Source: Lawsonibacter sp.
Lineage (GTDB): Bacteria > Bacillota > Clostridia > Oscillospirales > Oscillospiraceae
Direction of reading: 5' to 3'
Length of the DNA: 64,000 bases
NCBI GenBank assembly: GCA_050943895.1
Contig: JBMNQA010000008.1
Location: 26,351-90,350, forward strand
The position numbers and the translations under genes are program-made. Numbering within the stretch: position 1 is the first letter of the stretch; each line of letters begins with the position of its first letter. The notes under the pieces are model-generated. The model made no database searches, had not been told where the DNA came from, and saw nothing but the letters and a program-made list of their open reading frames with translations. Shown piece after piece: positions 29,880 through 40,000 of the stretch.

Positions 29880-30377
29880 ATGCCCTATGCCCTTCTAGCT
29901 TTGGCCCTGGTCGCTTTGGATCAATTGGTAAAATATTTGGTTTTGGAGTACATCCCTCTGGGGGGACATGTTCCCTTTATTCCTTATGTGCTGGAACTAA
30001 CCTATGTTAAGAACACCGGTGCGGCATTCTCCTTATTTGCGGAACATACTTGGCTGTTGGCTTTGGTATCTCTGGTGATGTCTGTGGTGTTGGCCGTTGC
30101 TCTGTGGAAAAATTTCTTCCGTCATCCACTGGGGAAAGTGACCTTGACGCTGCTGCTGGCTGGAGCAGTGGGGAACCTGATCGATCGGGCATTCCGGCAC
30201 TATGTTGTGGATATGTTCAATGTATTGTTTATGAACTTTGCGGTATTTAATGTGGCAGATATCTGCGTGGTAGTGGGTGGTATCGCCGCAGCAGTGTATT
30301 ATCTGTTCTTGGCCGAACGGTTGGAGGGCGGAAAGGAAGCGGAGAATCGACATGGAGATGTGGACGCTGACCGCTGA
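29880..30377 (+). CDS. lspA: Lipoprotein signal peptidase II
   Basis: LDQLVK, NTGAAFS, GAVGNLIDR, VVDM, FNVADI. Confidence 0.96.
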   Translation: MPYALLALALVALDQLVKYLVLEYIPLGGHVPFIPYVLELTYVKNTGAAFSLFAEHTWLLALVSLVMSVVLAVALWKNFFRHPLGKVTLTLLLAGAVGNLIDRAFRHYVVDMFNVLFMNFAVFNVADICVVVGGIAAAVYYLFLAERLEGGKEAENRHGDVDADR

Positions 30378-31260
30378 CCGTCCACAGGAACGAGTGGACA
30401 TGTTACTGGCTCGCCAAATTCCAAACCTAACCCGTTCCGCCGCGCAACGACTGCTGGAGGAGGGCGCGGTGACGTTAAGAGGACAAGCGGTAAAGAAAAA
30501 TTATAAAACGGTTTTAGGAGATCAGTTCCAGGTGAGCCTTTCCGAGGCGCAGCCTGTGCAGGCAGTCCCACAAAATATTCCACTGGATATTGTGTATGAA
30601 GATGCGGATGTGATCGTGGTAAATAAGCCGGTGGGTCTGGTGGTCCACCCTGCTCCCGGGCACCCCGACGGAACTCTGGTCAATGCGCTGCTATACCATT
30701 GTGGTACTTCCCTGTCGGGCATCAACGGAGAACTTCGCCCGGGCATTGTGCACCGTATTGACCGAGATACATCCGGCTTGATTATTGCAGCGAAAAATGA
30801 CCGATCCCACGTGGCGCTGGCCACCCAACTTCAGGACCATTCCTTAGCGAGGGTCTATGAGGCGGTTGTGGTGGGCGGACTGAAAGAGGATATGGGGACC
30901 GTGGATGCTCCCATCGGTCGCCACCCGGTAGAGCGGAAAAAAATGGCGGTGGATTGGAAAAACGGCCGGCGGGCGGTGACCCACTATACGGTCTTGGGCC
31001 GTTACCCTGGCTATACCCATGTAGAGTGTCGGCTGGAGACCGGCCGTACCCATCAGATTCGGGTCCATATGGCGTACTTGGGGCACCCCCTATTGGGCGA
31101 TACAGTATATGGCGCAAAAAAAACCTGGCCCGGCCTGGCCGGACAGTGCCTACACGCACGGAAATTACGATTTTGCCATCCCACCACAGGAAAGATGGTG
31201 GAGTTGGAATGTCCTCTCCCCGGTTGGTTTCTCCAGGTACTTCGACAGATCGATTCATGA
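30352..31260 (+). CDS. rluD: RluA/RluD family 23S rRNA pseudouridine synthase
   Basis: S4 domain, VNKPVGLVVHP, catalytic HRIDRDTSG, LETGRTHQIRVH. Confidence 0.92.
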   Translation: MEMWTLTADRPQERVDMLLARQIPNLTRSAAQRLLEEGAVTLRGQAVKKNYKTVLGDQFQVSLSEAQPVQAVPQNIPLDIVYEDADVIVVNKPVGLVVHPAPGHPDGTLVNALLYHCGTSLSGINGELRPGIVHRIDRDTSGLIIAAKNDRSHVALATQLQDHSLARVYEAVVVGGLKEDMGTVDAPIGRHPVERKKMAVDWKNGRRAVTHYTVLGRYPGYTHVECRLETGRTHQIRVHMAYLGHPLLGDTVYGAKKTWPGLAGQCLHARKLRFCHPTTGKMVELECPLPGWFLQVLRQIDS

Positions 31261-31264
31261 CCAG

Positions 31265-31297
31265 AAACGGGCCTTTTTGCAGAAAAGGTCCGTTTTT
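31265..31297. terminator. Intrinsic terminator after the RluA gene
   Basis: AAACGGGCCTTTT...AAAAGGTCCGTTT. Confidence 0.7.
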
Positions 31298-31379
31298 ATT
31301 TAAAAATTTGGGAGCAAATATGATTTGCTTGCCCAAAACCATCAAAGCTGCTAGGATGGAGGCACAGCAAGGAGGAGAA

Positions 31380-31853
31380 ATGATGAACCAGATTGCCAAT
31401 AATATCAAGGTATTGCGTAAAGAAAAAGGGTTGTCTCAAGAACAGTTTGCGCAGGCGCTCCATGTCACTCGACAGACGGTGTCTGCCTGGGAGCGGGGGA
31501 TGTCTCGGCCGGGACTGGATATGTTGGAACAGATGGCCCAGGTGCTGGGCGTAGAAGTGGAGACTCTTCTCTATGGAAGAGAAGGTGGGAAAAAACCGGA
31601 ATATCATCACGTATCTTACTGGCCTGTTTTAGGGGTGGCTCCACTGTTTTTTTTCATGGTATTCTGGGTTATCCCGATTCCTATGAGCATGTTGGTAGGC
31701 ACTTTTACCGATACTGCCTTTGTCCTGTGTGGACAACTGTTTTTAGCTATGGTCAGCCTGTTCGTCTATTGTTCTTTGAAGGATGAGATTCGAAACCGAG
31801 ACTATTATGAAATGTATCCGCCTGAAGAAGAACCGCCTCAGGAAGAAAAATAA
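31380..31853 (+). CDS. XRE-family HTH regulator with two C-terminal TM helices
   Basis: LRKEKGLSQEQFAQALHVTRQTVSAWERG followed by two hydrophobic segments. Confidence 0.85.
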   Translation: MMNQIANNIKVLRKEKGLSQEQFAQALHVTRQTVSAWERGMSRPGLDMLEQMAQVLGVEVETLLYGREGGKKPEYHHVSYWPVLGVAPLFFFMVFWVIPIPMSMLVGTFTDTAFVLCGQLFLAMVSLFVYCSLKDEIRNRDYYEMYPPEEEPPQEEK

Positions 31854-31910
31854 AGAGACAGATCTGTCACCGGAGAGCTTTGGGAGACAGATCTGCCTTG
31901 GTAAGAGAGT

Positions 31911-32339
31911 TTAGCGGATAATAATATTTTCGGAAATTTCACACAGGGCTTGAGCAGCCTCCATGTCGAAGCGGCGGCTGCGGGCCAAATCTGCCAAGGA
32001 GATCATGCCCACCAGCTTGCCTTCTTCTACCACAGGCAGACGCCGCACCTGTTGCACCGCCATGAGGCGAGTGGCCTCACGGCAGTCTGCTGCAGGGGAC
32101 ACGGTGGCACAGTTCCGGGTCATAATGTCACGGACCATAGTCTGGGCCGGGTCTTCCTCTGCAGCCACGCACCGCAGCACAATATCCCGGTCGGTCACCA
32201 TACCTCTCAAACGCCGGTCCTCTGAACACACCGGCAAAGCGCCCACGTTGTGCCGGCTGATGAGTCGGGCGGCTAGGGCCGCTGAGGAAGTGGGCTCAAT
32301 GGTGACAACGCTGGGATTCATTAAATCCTTTACTACCAT
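31911..32339 (-). CDS. Tandem CBS-domain protein (YhcV/YlbB-like spore protein)
   Basis: VKDLMN, HNVGALPV, GMVTDRDIVLR, VRDIMT, QVRRLPV, GMISLADL. Confidence 0.88.
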   Translation of the reverse strand: MVVKDLMNPSVVTIEPTSSAALAARLISRHNVGALPVCSEDRRLRGMVTDRDIVLRCVAAEEDPAQTMVRDIMTRNCATVSPAADCREATRLMAVQQVRRLPVVEEGKLVGMISLADLARSRRFDMEAAQALCEISENIIIR

Positions 32340-32379
32340 GTAAATTGAACCGCCTTTCCGGTAAAACTTGGTCTTTCGC

Positions 32380-32409
32380 CATTGTACCCGGAAAGGCGGT
32401 TTTTTATTC
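32380..32409 (-). promoter_or_regulatory. sigmaF/G-type promoter of the CBS gene
   Basis: GAATA-N15-GGGTACAATG on the minus strand. Confidence 0.55.
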
Positions 32410-32425
32410 CAATGGATGGGCGTTG

Positions 32426-33676
32426 TTATTGCTCCAGCCAGTGGGTGTAATCTTGGGAGGAGGAAACCCGCCCTACCGCAGACAGTGAGGCAAGGTCCCA
32501 GCGAAACAACTCTCCAGCCAGTTCCCGCAATTGATCACAAGTAACGCTGTCATATAGGGACAGCAGTTCTTCCACTTCCCGCACCCGGCCGTAGAGCAGC
32601 TGGGAGGTGCCCAGATGACTCATTCGGGACTGAATGGACTCACTGCCCATGAGCAGATTGGCCTTTGCTTGCTCTCGAACCCGATCCAATTCTTCAGGAG
32701 TAGGGCCGTGTTCCGCCAGATCGCACACCACCTGACGCACGGTCTCCAAGGCCTGTCCCTCCTGTTCCCGATTCAGTGCAGTGTAAATTCCCAAAAGACC
32801 GGTGTCTGCGTGGTCGGAGACATAGGAGTATACGGTATAGCAAAGTCCTCGCTTCTCCCGTACCTGCTGAAAAAGCCGAGAGGAACAGCCTCCACCCAGC
32901 AGGGAGTTAAACAGAAGTAGGGCAGGGCGGCGGGGATCTAGATAAGAGGGGGCAGGAAAGGCAAGGATAAAATGGTTTTGCTCAATGGCTTTTTTTCGTA
33001 CGGTGACGGCGGGACGATAGGCGGCGGGCTTTTGCAGTGGGGCAGGACCTGGCTCCAGCGCTGCCAGACAGTCCTTCAAATGCTCCACCTGGGCCTGAGT
33101 AAAGCTGCCTGAGAGAGCAGCTACCAATACTCCGGGACAGTAGTGTTGCCTCTGCCACTCCTGCAACCATGCCCCAGACATCTGGCTCAGGGTGGACTGG
33201 GTACCTAAAATGGGGCGGGCGAGGGGGGTGCCTTTGTATACAGCAGCGGACAATCGTTCTGCTACCAGGTCCTCGGGCGTATCCTCATACATTCCGATTT
33301 CCTCAAATATGACCCCGCGTTCGGTGTCCACATCCTCCTGGTCAAACCTGGAATGAAAAAGCATATCGCTTAACAAGTCGAAACTCCGGTCTAGGTGCCG
33401 ATCCAGGCTGCGGGCATAGAAACAGGTGTGCTCCTTGGTCGTATAGGCGTTGACCTGACCACCGATGGCGTCCATATCCATAGCCAACTGTGCAGCGGTA
33501 CGGCGCTGAGTTCCTTTAAAGAGCATGTGTTCAATAAAGTGGGCAGCTCCATTTTCCTCTGGCCGTTCGTGTCGGGAACCAATTCCCACAAAAAAACCCA
33601 GTGCAGCGGACCGCGCTCCAGGGACCTCTTCTGTGAGCAACTGAGCGCCATTGGGCAGGATAATGTGTTGATACAT
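32426..33676 (-). CDS. M16 (pitrilysin) family zinc peptidase
   Basis: Inverted zinc motif HFIEH, NAYTTKEHT, SRLFQQVREKRGLCY. Confidence 0.93.
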   Translation of the reverse strand: MYQHIILPNGAQLLTEEVPGARSAALGFFVGIGSRHERPEENGAAHFIEHMLFKGTQRRTAAQLAMDMDAIGGQVNAYTTKEHTCFYARSLDRHLDRSFDLLSDMLFHSRFDQEDVDTERGVIFEEIGMYEDTPEDLVAERLSAAVYKGTPLARPILGTQSTLSQMSGAWLQEWQRQHYCPGVLVAALSGSFTQAQVEHLKDCLAALEPGPAPLQKPAAYRPAVTVRKKAIEQNHFILAFPAPSYLDPRRPALLLFNSLLGGGCSSRLFQQVREKRGLCYTVYSYVSDHADTGLLGIYTALNREQEGQALETVRQVVCDLAEHGPTPEELDRVREQAKANLLMGSESIQSRMSHLGTSQLLYGRVREVEELLSLYDSVTCDQLRELAGELFRWDLASLSAVGRVSSSQDYTHWLEQ

Positions 33677-33778
33677 AAACCGTCCTCCCAGAATTGCTTT
33701 TTTCAAGCGAAAAGCAGTATACCACAAAACCACACATCCGTCCACCGCTTGGCCGCCAGGAAAAATTTTGCCGCTGGT

Positions 33779-33808
33779 GTATAACTGTCCTGCAGCCTGT
33801 CCACAATA
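33779..33808 (+). promoter_or_regulatory. sigmaF-type promoter of the spoIIQ-like gene
   Basis: GTATA-N15-GTCCACAATA. Confidence 0.55.
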
Positions 33809-33830
33809 GGGGCACGGAGGTGGTTTTTCT

Positions 33831-34616
33831 TTGAAGAACCGGAATATATTTGAAAAACTAGGCGACTTTGTGCTGGGAAAGGGCTTCTACATAGTCCTAT
33901 TCCTATGTGTCGCCACCATCGGAATTTCGGGCTATTATCTGATCCAAACTATGACTGGGGATCCTCAGCCGGTAGAACAAGCAGGGGGTAGCGCATCGGT
34001 AGAACTCCCTGATGACTGGAGCAATGCATCCCTGCCGTCGGGAATCCAAGAACTGGAACCAAACGGGGTTGGACAGGAACAAGAGGAGTCGTTGCACCAG
34101 GAGTCAGCGGGATCCTCCTCTGCTGTGGCAGAGCAGCCGGATGACCCAGAGCCAGTGAGCCAAACGCAGGAGGAATCGGCGGCTCCGGAGCAGCCAGTGG
34201 CCACAGTTTTCACCTGGCCGGTGAAAGGGGAAGTGCTGCGAGATTACAGCATGGAAGCCCTAGCACTGGATCCCACTTTGGGGGATTGGCGTACCCATGA
34301 AGGGCTGGATATCGCTGCCCAGGTGGGGTTGGAGGTATTGGCTATTGGCGCCGGTACAGTGACTGAAGTGTTTGAGGATGGGTTGATGGGTACCACTGTG
34401 GTAATTGACCACGGAAATGGACTGACCTCTACCTACTGCAATCTGGCAACTCAGCCAACGGTGTCGGTGGGAGAGACAGTGGAACCTGGGACAATCCTGG
34501 GTGCAGTGGGGGAGAGTGCCATTGCGGAGAGCGGAATGGCGTCCCACCTGCATTTGGAAACCTGCCTGAACGGGGAGCGAGTCAATCCTATGGAGTATCT
34601 TCCTGATCTGCCTTAA
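33831..34616 (+). CDS. spoIIQ: M23/LytM-domain membrane protein, clostridial SpoIIQ-like
   Basis: N-terminal TM GFYIVLFLCV, acidic low-complexity linker, M23 motifs HEGLD and HLH. Confidence 0.65.
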   Translation: MKNRNIFEKLGDFVLGKGFYIVLFLCVATIGISGYYLIQTMTGDPQPVEQAGGSASVELPDDWSNASLPSGIQELEPNGVGQEQEESLHQESAGSSSAVAEQPDDPEPVSQTQEESAAPEQPVATVFTWPVKGEVLRDYSMEALALDPTLGDWRTHEGLDIAAQVGLEVLAIGAGTVTEVFEDGLMGTTVVIDHGNGLTSTYCNLATQPTVSVGETVEPGTILGAVGESAIAESGMASHLHLETCLNGERVNPMEYLPDLP

Positions 34617-34628
34617 TGAATAAAAAGC

Positions 34629-34659
34629 GAGGGCCACTGCGAACGTTGCAGTGGCCCTC
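34629..34659. terminator. Hairpin between the convergent M23 and flavodoxin-like genes
   Basis: GAGGGCCACTGC-N7-GCAGTGGCCCTC, with an A run on the left (U tract for the minus strand). Confidence 0.75.
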
Positions 34660-34667
34660 AGTTCTTG

Positions 34668-35735
34668 TTATTTGGTGTTTGCCCCCATGACCTGAGCGAT
34701 GTGAGAGGCAAAGACGTCCAGACGTTCTTGAATGCCTGGAAGTGCCAGAGCCTGGCCGGGGTCATTGGCCGTTTCCAGCAAAGCAAAATGGCTGGGAAGG
34801 TGAAAGGATTTATTCATGTTGAGTGCAGCGATTAGCTGACGGGCTACAATATCGCCACCCGAGTAGCCTGAGACCACAATGGCAAAAAGCGCCTTATCAT
34901 AAAAACGGGTTTGCCGAAACAAGGCGGTGAGCCGGTTGATACAGGCAGTCAGGTTCGCGGAAAGTGCATCGTTGTAATTGGGACACAGCATCACCAGGGC
35001 ATCAGCGGAGCGAACGGCAGGATAGACCTCTTCTTGCATTACGCCGCCATAGAAACAACCTCCCCGCTCTCCAAAATGGAGGCACATGGTGTAAGGGCAG
35101 CCGGAGCAGTCGGACAGTGTGCCGTTGCGCAGGCCAATTTCTTGACAGGTTACGCCATTTCCCAGCCTCTGGCGCACCTGATCCCACAGGGCCATGGTGT
35201 TGGAGGTGTGGTGGCTGGAGGCATGAAGAACCACTAACTTTGGCTGTGCCCGGCGGGGAAAGGGAGGCCCCTCCAACCGCACGATTAGATCCTGGGCCGC
35301 CCGGCGGTATGCTTCAATGCAGGAGATGCCCTGAACCTGAGCTTGAATTCGAAAGGTAGAAAGATCTCCGGTGCCTTCTACCAGAGGCCGTCCCAAGAAG
35401 GTGCAGCCGGCCAAATTTGCGGCCAACACCAATTCGGTGGCCGCTGACTTGGTGTATAGAGGAGAGACTCCGTCCACCAGTAGGCCGGCGGTGCAGCCAT
35501 CTAATAGTCCCGGTTCTCGGCGCAGGCGGGAAAGCATCCGAGTGTATTCCAGATTAACCCCTGTTTCACCCAAAGAAAGGACAAAGAGAAGCGTATTCCC
35601 TGTTAGATTGGTCAAATCTTGAACACGAGCCACTGTACGAAAGTTACGACCTGCCAGCGCGCAACGTAACACATCGTCCACCCGAGCCTGCGCCACCTCT
35701 GGCTCCGGTGTGGGACGAATCAATACCAGTGCCAT
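34668..35735 (-). CDS. Tandem flavodoxin-like / iron-sulfur flavoprotein-like protein
   Basis: C-terminal domain has VVLHASSHHTSNT, CxxCx4Cx8C (CSGCPYTMC...C), ADALVMLCPNY and VVSGYSGGD. The N-terminal half resembles a degenerate flavodoxin fold. Confidence 0.75.
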   Translation of the reverse strand: MALVLIRPTPEPEVAQARVDDVLRCALAGRNFRTVARVQDLTNLTGNTLLFVLSLGETGVNLEYTRMLSRLRREPGLLDGCTAGLLVDGVSPLYTKSAATELVLAANLAGCTFLGRPLVEGTGDLSTFRIQAQVQGISCIEAYRRAAQDLIVRLEGPPFPRRAQPKLVVLHASSHHTSNTMALWDQVRQRLGNGVTCQEIGLRNGTLSDCSGCPYTMCLHFGERGGCFYGGVMQEEVYPAVRSADALVMLCPNYNDALSANLTACINRLTALFRQTRFYDKALFAIVVSGYSGGDIVARQLIAALNMNKSFHLPSHFALLETANDPGQALALPGIQERLDVFASHIAQVMGANTK

Positions 35736-35804
35736 TAAACTTCACCTTCCTGTGTATTCCGGAACCAAGCGAAGTAAATTCGTTCCAGATAGGGCTTCTT
35801 TCGG

Positions 35805-37046
35805 TCACAAAATTTCTTTTAAATGTTCGGCTGCTTCCTGAATGTGAGCGAAAAGAGGATCGGGAATTTTGGGAAGCAGTTCCGTTTGGATACCTGCTGG
35901 GGTGAAGCGGTTTTTGACCCCCATATATACGCCATCTAAAAATACAGAGCCACAGTGCCACTCCCCACGTAAAGTGAGCAGGAGGGACAGGGCGCCGGAA
36001 GACAGGGCTGGGGCTACATAGGGCTTAAATCCCAGTTCTCGCATTTGCAAGTTGGCGGTGACCGTACGTTGTGTCAGTTCCTGGGAGAGTGTCTCATCAT
36101 AATGTTCAATGGAGTTAGCAATAAACAGACCTGTGCCGTGGGGCCCAAAGGAGCGCCCTTCCGTCAAGAAAGAGGCCAGGCGTGCGTCCCGCTTAGCATA
36201 ATAGGCAGCTCGGGCATTCATTACTCCAAGGCCAAATCCCTGCACTTGCTCCGGGAGAAGCCCTTTGCCGTCCCATACTCCTGCGTCATCCAGGTTGCTC
36301 TCCAAATAGGCGGTTTTGGCCAGTGGATCCACTGGATCAGATACGGCTGCCCACAATCCCTGGAACTTAGATTGGCGGGCTAGGCGTGCGTAGTGCTTGA
36401 CAATGGCAGCATTTTGTTCAAACTGAGCCATACGCACATCTTTGATTGCCGACCCCACAGGAGGGATTCCTTTGGAGGCCACAAAGACGAATAGGTCACA
36501 GTCGAAGAGCTTCTCCGGTGGGATGACCTCTACCTCAGGAAAGGCGTCGTAGGCCCATGGCAAGGAAACCTGTCCCATCTCAAATTCCCATCGAGCGGTA
36601 ATCTGTTGACTGAGATCGCAGATGCCAATGGAAGAAATGACGTCTCCCCCCAGCAGTTTGAGTCCAGTGAGGAGGGTAGAGCCCACATCCCCAATGGCTA
36701 AAAGGTTCACTCGTTTTTTTCTGCTGTGGGCAGCAGGACGGGTAAGCCGTGCCTCCCAGCCGGGACGCCCTATATTGACTGCGGTTACACGGCCCTGGGC
36801 GATGGCCTGGTCCAGATAGAGATCCATAGACACTGCCGGCAGACGGGAGGCATCTAGAACTTCCAGCCCGTGAGGGCAAACAAGTTGACCCGGGTGTTCC
36901 ACGCGGAAGGAACCTCGGCCCAGCACAGGATCTCCGTCCACCAGAAAGAAGACTGGAACGTTGGGGACAGGCTGGGCGGGGGTAAGGTCCGGGCGTACTT
37001 GGAAAGAGGCGACAAAAGCCCCGGAGTGAGTATAGTAAAAAATCAT
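35805..37046 (-). CDS. LDH/MDH-fold NAD(P)-binding protein with N-terminal extension and non-canonical active site
   Basis: LLAIGDVG...GICD, DLFVFVAS, R...FEQNAAIVK, VSDPVD, GLGVMNARA, GPHG. Confidence 0.75.
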   Translation of the reverse strand: MIFYYTHSGAFVASFQVRPDLTPAQPVPNVPVFFLVDGDPVLGRGSFRVEHPGQLVCPHGLEVLDASRLPAVSMDLYLDQAIAQGRVTAVNIGRPGWEARLTRPAAHSRKKRVNLLAIGDVGSTLLTGLKLLGGDVISSIGICDLSQQITARWEFEMGQVSLPWAYDAFPEVEVIPPEKLFDCDLFVFVASKGIPPVGSAIKDVRMAQFEQNAAIVKHYARLARQSKFQGLWAAVSDPVDPLAKTAYLESNLDDAGVWDGKGLLPEQVQGFGLGVMNARAAYYAKRDARLASFLTEGRSFGPHGTGLFIANSIEHYDETLSQELTQRTVTANLQMRELGFKPYVAPALSSGALSLLLTLRGEWHCGSVFLDGVYMGVKNRFTPAGIQTELLPKIPDPLFAHIQEAAEHLKEIL

Positions 37047-37088
37047 GGCAGACACCTGCTTTCCGCTAGATTACAAAATTGTTGAAAA

Positions 37089-40000
37089 TTAAATGTGAGA
37101 AATAGTAGTATGCTGAGTGCGCAGGAGTTGTTCCAAGTCATTTTCCAGGTATACCGAGGCAGATAGATTTGGGTCATAGTGTAGACAAGTGCCCTTATCT
37201 GGACACAGTGGTAGAATGACTGCCTCTGGCAGTCGACTGAGGGTCAGGTTGCGACCGTAGAGGACACGGTATTCCTGTTCCAGGGTGGAGATGACATCCA
37301 GTGCACATTCCAAACAAGTCTCCGAAAGACGGAAAACCGCCTCCTGTCCACACTCTGCTTGGTAAGATGGGAGAGCATAGGGCAGGATATGGTTGATGCC
37401 AGGAAGCAATCCGGGTACCGGCGAAGCAGAGCGGCGTACGGTGTTGCCACCAATGAAGGGATAAAGGGTGGACTCCACAAACCACTGCCGCAGCCGGGGC
37501 AGAAAATAGACGCTGTCCACCGGCCGATCCCAGGAGGCCATTAAATCTTTCCCGTAACCGGAGAGGACACCTACCAACACCATTCGAATGGGGACCTGTT
37601 CTTGCCGCAGAATTGGGTCCAGTGCTCGCATGCGAAAGCCAGGGTGCATCAAATCATCCACTAGGATTACCGGCCGATTGAACGATTTGATGGTGCGAAT
37701 TTGGCAAGGGATAGGGGAATAGTAGGGGAAAGCCTCGATTGTGCTATCCATTAAATTAGGAGAATAGACTTTGTCGGTATGAATAGTTTTGGTCACTGTA
37801 TTTGGAACAATTTTCCCGCGGAGTAGTTTGCCAAAGGGAACACACATATTCTCCCCCAGCACCCGGGGGACGGTGGGGACAGCAGGAACGTTATTATAAG
37901 CAGTGATTTTCTCTAACAACCGATGGTGGATAATATCAGCGGATAGGGTGAGAACTAAGGAACCAGGGTAGAGGCCGGTTAGCGCCTGTTGTAGGCGTTG
38001 ATGGCTCCGACGAATGGCCGAGAGAACGCGGGGATTTCGGGAGAGAGGTTCCTGAATTGCGGTCTCCAGATTCTGAATGAGTACCGTGGGCGCATGCATA
38101 TCTACTTCACGAATGGGGCGGTCCCCCTCATAAGATAGAAATCCCATCCGAGCCAAGTTGTTCTCTAATTCGGACGATAGATGCCCGTCATGAGGAGCAA
38201 AGACAGCATAGACGTGCTCCTCTTCCAGTGCGCGGGAGAGAAGTTCACTCAGCAGCAGTTGACCGTAGTCTTTGTAGCGGTCGGAGGTGTCCGCGTACAG
38301 GGCAGTAATCAGAACTGTTTTTCCGGCTGCCCGTAGCCTTACCCGATTTGCCAGCTGAGGGTCGCCAAGAGCGGAAAACAGGTCTGATGTGGTAAGATAC
38401 CGGTAACTGGCAAAGCCCAGTAACTGGGACTGCGCCCCGGTCCGACGCAGCAATAGCACACGGTCGCTGCATCGGGAAATAGAATTGCGCACAATGTCTC
38501 GCTCTGGCAGCCCTGCCGTTAAATCCGCCAACAAGAGAGGGGCGGGTGCATCGTCCCACTGGAATTCCAGATCTCCGGCATAGAGCAGAGGTTTCTCCTG
38601 GGCGTCTCGAAGATAGAGTCCGTTTTGGTAAATAAAGTCCTGAATTACAGGGTCGATAAAGTTAGAAATATCCCGGTTTAGGTCCACATTTTCTCGGATG
38701 CGAGAAGAACTGATGTCTTCCAGGTGGGGAGGAAGTTGCAGACGAATCACATCTCCGGTGATGGGTAGGGTTTTCGGCAATTCCGCTTCTCCCACCCGGC
38801 GGAAAATGACGTGGTTCATCTGGTGGACAGAGAAAGGCTGAGGTGGAGCTTTGTAAGAAGAGGCATTGGCGACTACATCGCTGCCCGCCACCAGGTAAAC
38901 TTTTTGTCCAGGAAACAGATTCAAAAGGCGGTGCAGGTCCTGGGGGTTGGCAATGTTGACGGGAATGTCGTCGGGGAACAGGTGAACGTGAAAATCACCA
39001 GCCACCGACAAGTTGACAATCTGGCGCCGGATTAGGTGGGGTTGAGCCTTTTTGGACCAGGAGAACTCATCCACGGCCAGATATACCTCAAATCCTAAGT
39101 CACGGATGGCATGGACAATGCCTTTGTGAGAGAGGGTGAACGGGTCAAAAGTGCCTGGGAAAAAGGCGATCTTTCGGGGGCGTTCGAAAGTAAAGGGACC
39201 GTGGTCCAGTCGCCGCAGGGCAATAAAACGGTTGATGTGAGCCAGTGCTGCTGCTCGGTAGAAGAACGTTAGATGATCCTGACCGGGGGATTCCTGGATC
39301 AGAAAAAGTAGTTTGCGGTAACACAGGGCGAACAGTCGCCCCTTCTCTTCCATATCCAAGACGGAGGATTCAAAGAGCATTTTGCCGATAACCAGCAAAG
39401 CCTCTTGGCGCACTGCTTCTCGGTAGTGAGCCAGCCCCTGAAGCAGCAACCCCAGGAGTTCTTGTCGTCGATTTTCGTAAGCTGTATCCGACTCGGCAAA
39501 TCGGTCTCGGTAAGCTGGATAATGCTGTAAAAGTACCCCAATGGTGTTTAACGCTCCAGACACTGCCGAATCATTGGGAGAGCCTAGTAGCGATTTGAGC
39601 CAGAGCACCTGTTCATCCAGTTCGCTGGGGTGGAGGTAAAGCGCGGCCTCTCCTAGGTATTGGGGAATGTATTTGGAGATCTCGTACTGCCCCATCTCCA
39701 GACCTTTTCCTAATTCCACCACCACTTCATTGCGTTGATCCCTGCGCAGGATGGACAGCGTGCGAACCAAAGCGGAGCCGGCGGAGTGTCGTACCACGAC
39801 CCGCTCAGACACTTTAACTAAGTTGGAAAAATGGGTGGCAATATGAAGAATATGAGTTTTGACACCATGTTCTACTTGGTCCCGGAGCAATTCGACTCCT
39901 GCTACCTTCACAATCCAGGGAGTGGCATTTTTTAGGTTATCCAGAAACACCTCGCTGGTGATATCCAACTGATAGAGCATTTGCTCCATGGCATCTACGT

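Noticed and set aside
31855-31897. Direct repeat GAGACAGATCTG as a mobile-element scar
   Set aside because: The unit is self-palindromic, so the pair simply forms the terminator hairpin between convergent genes.
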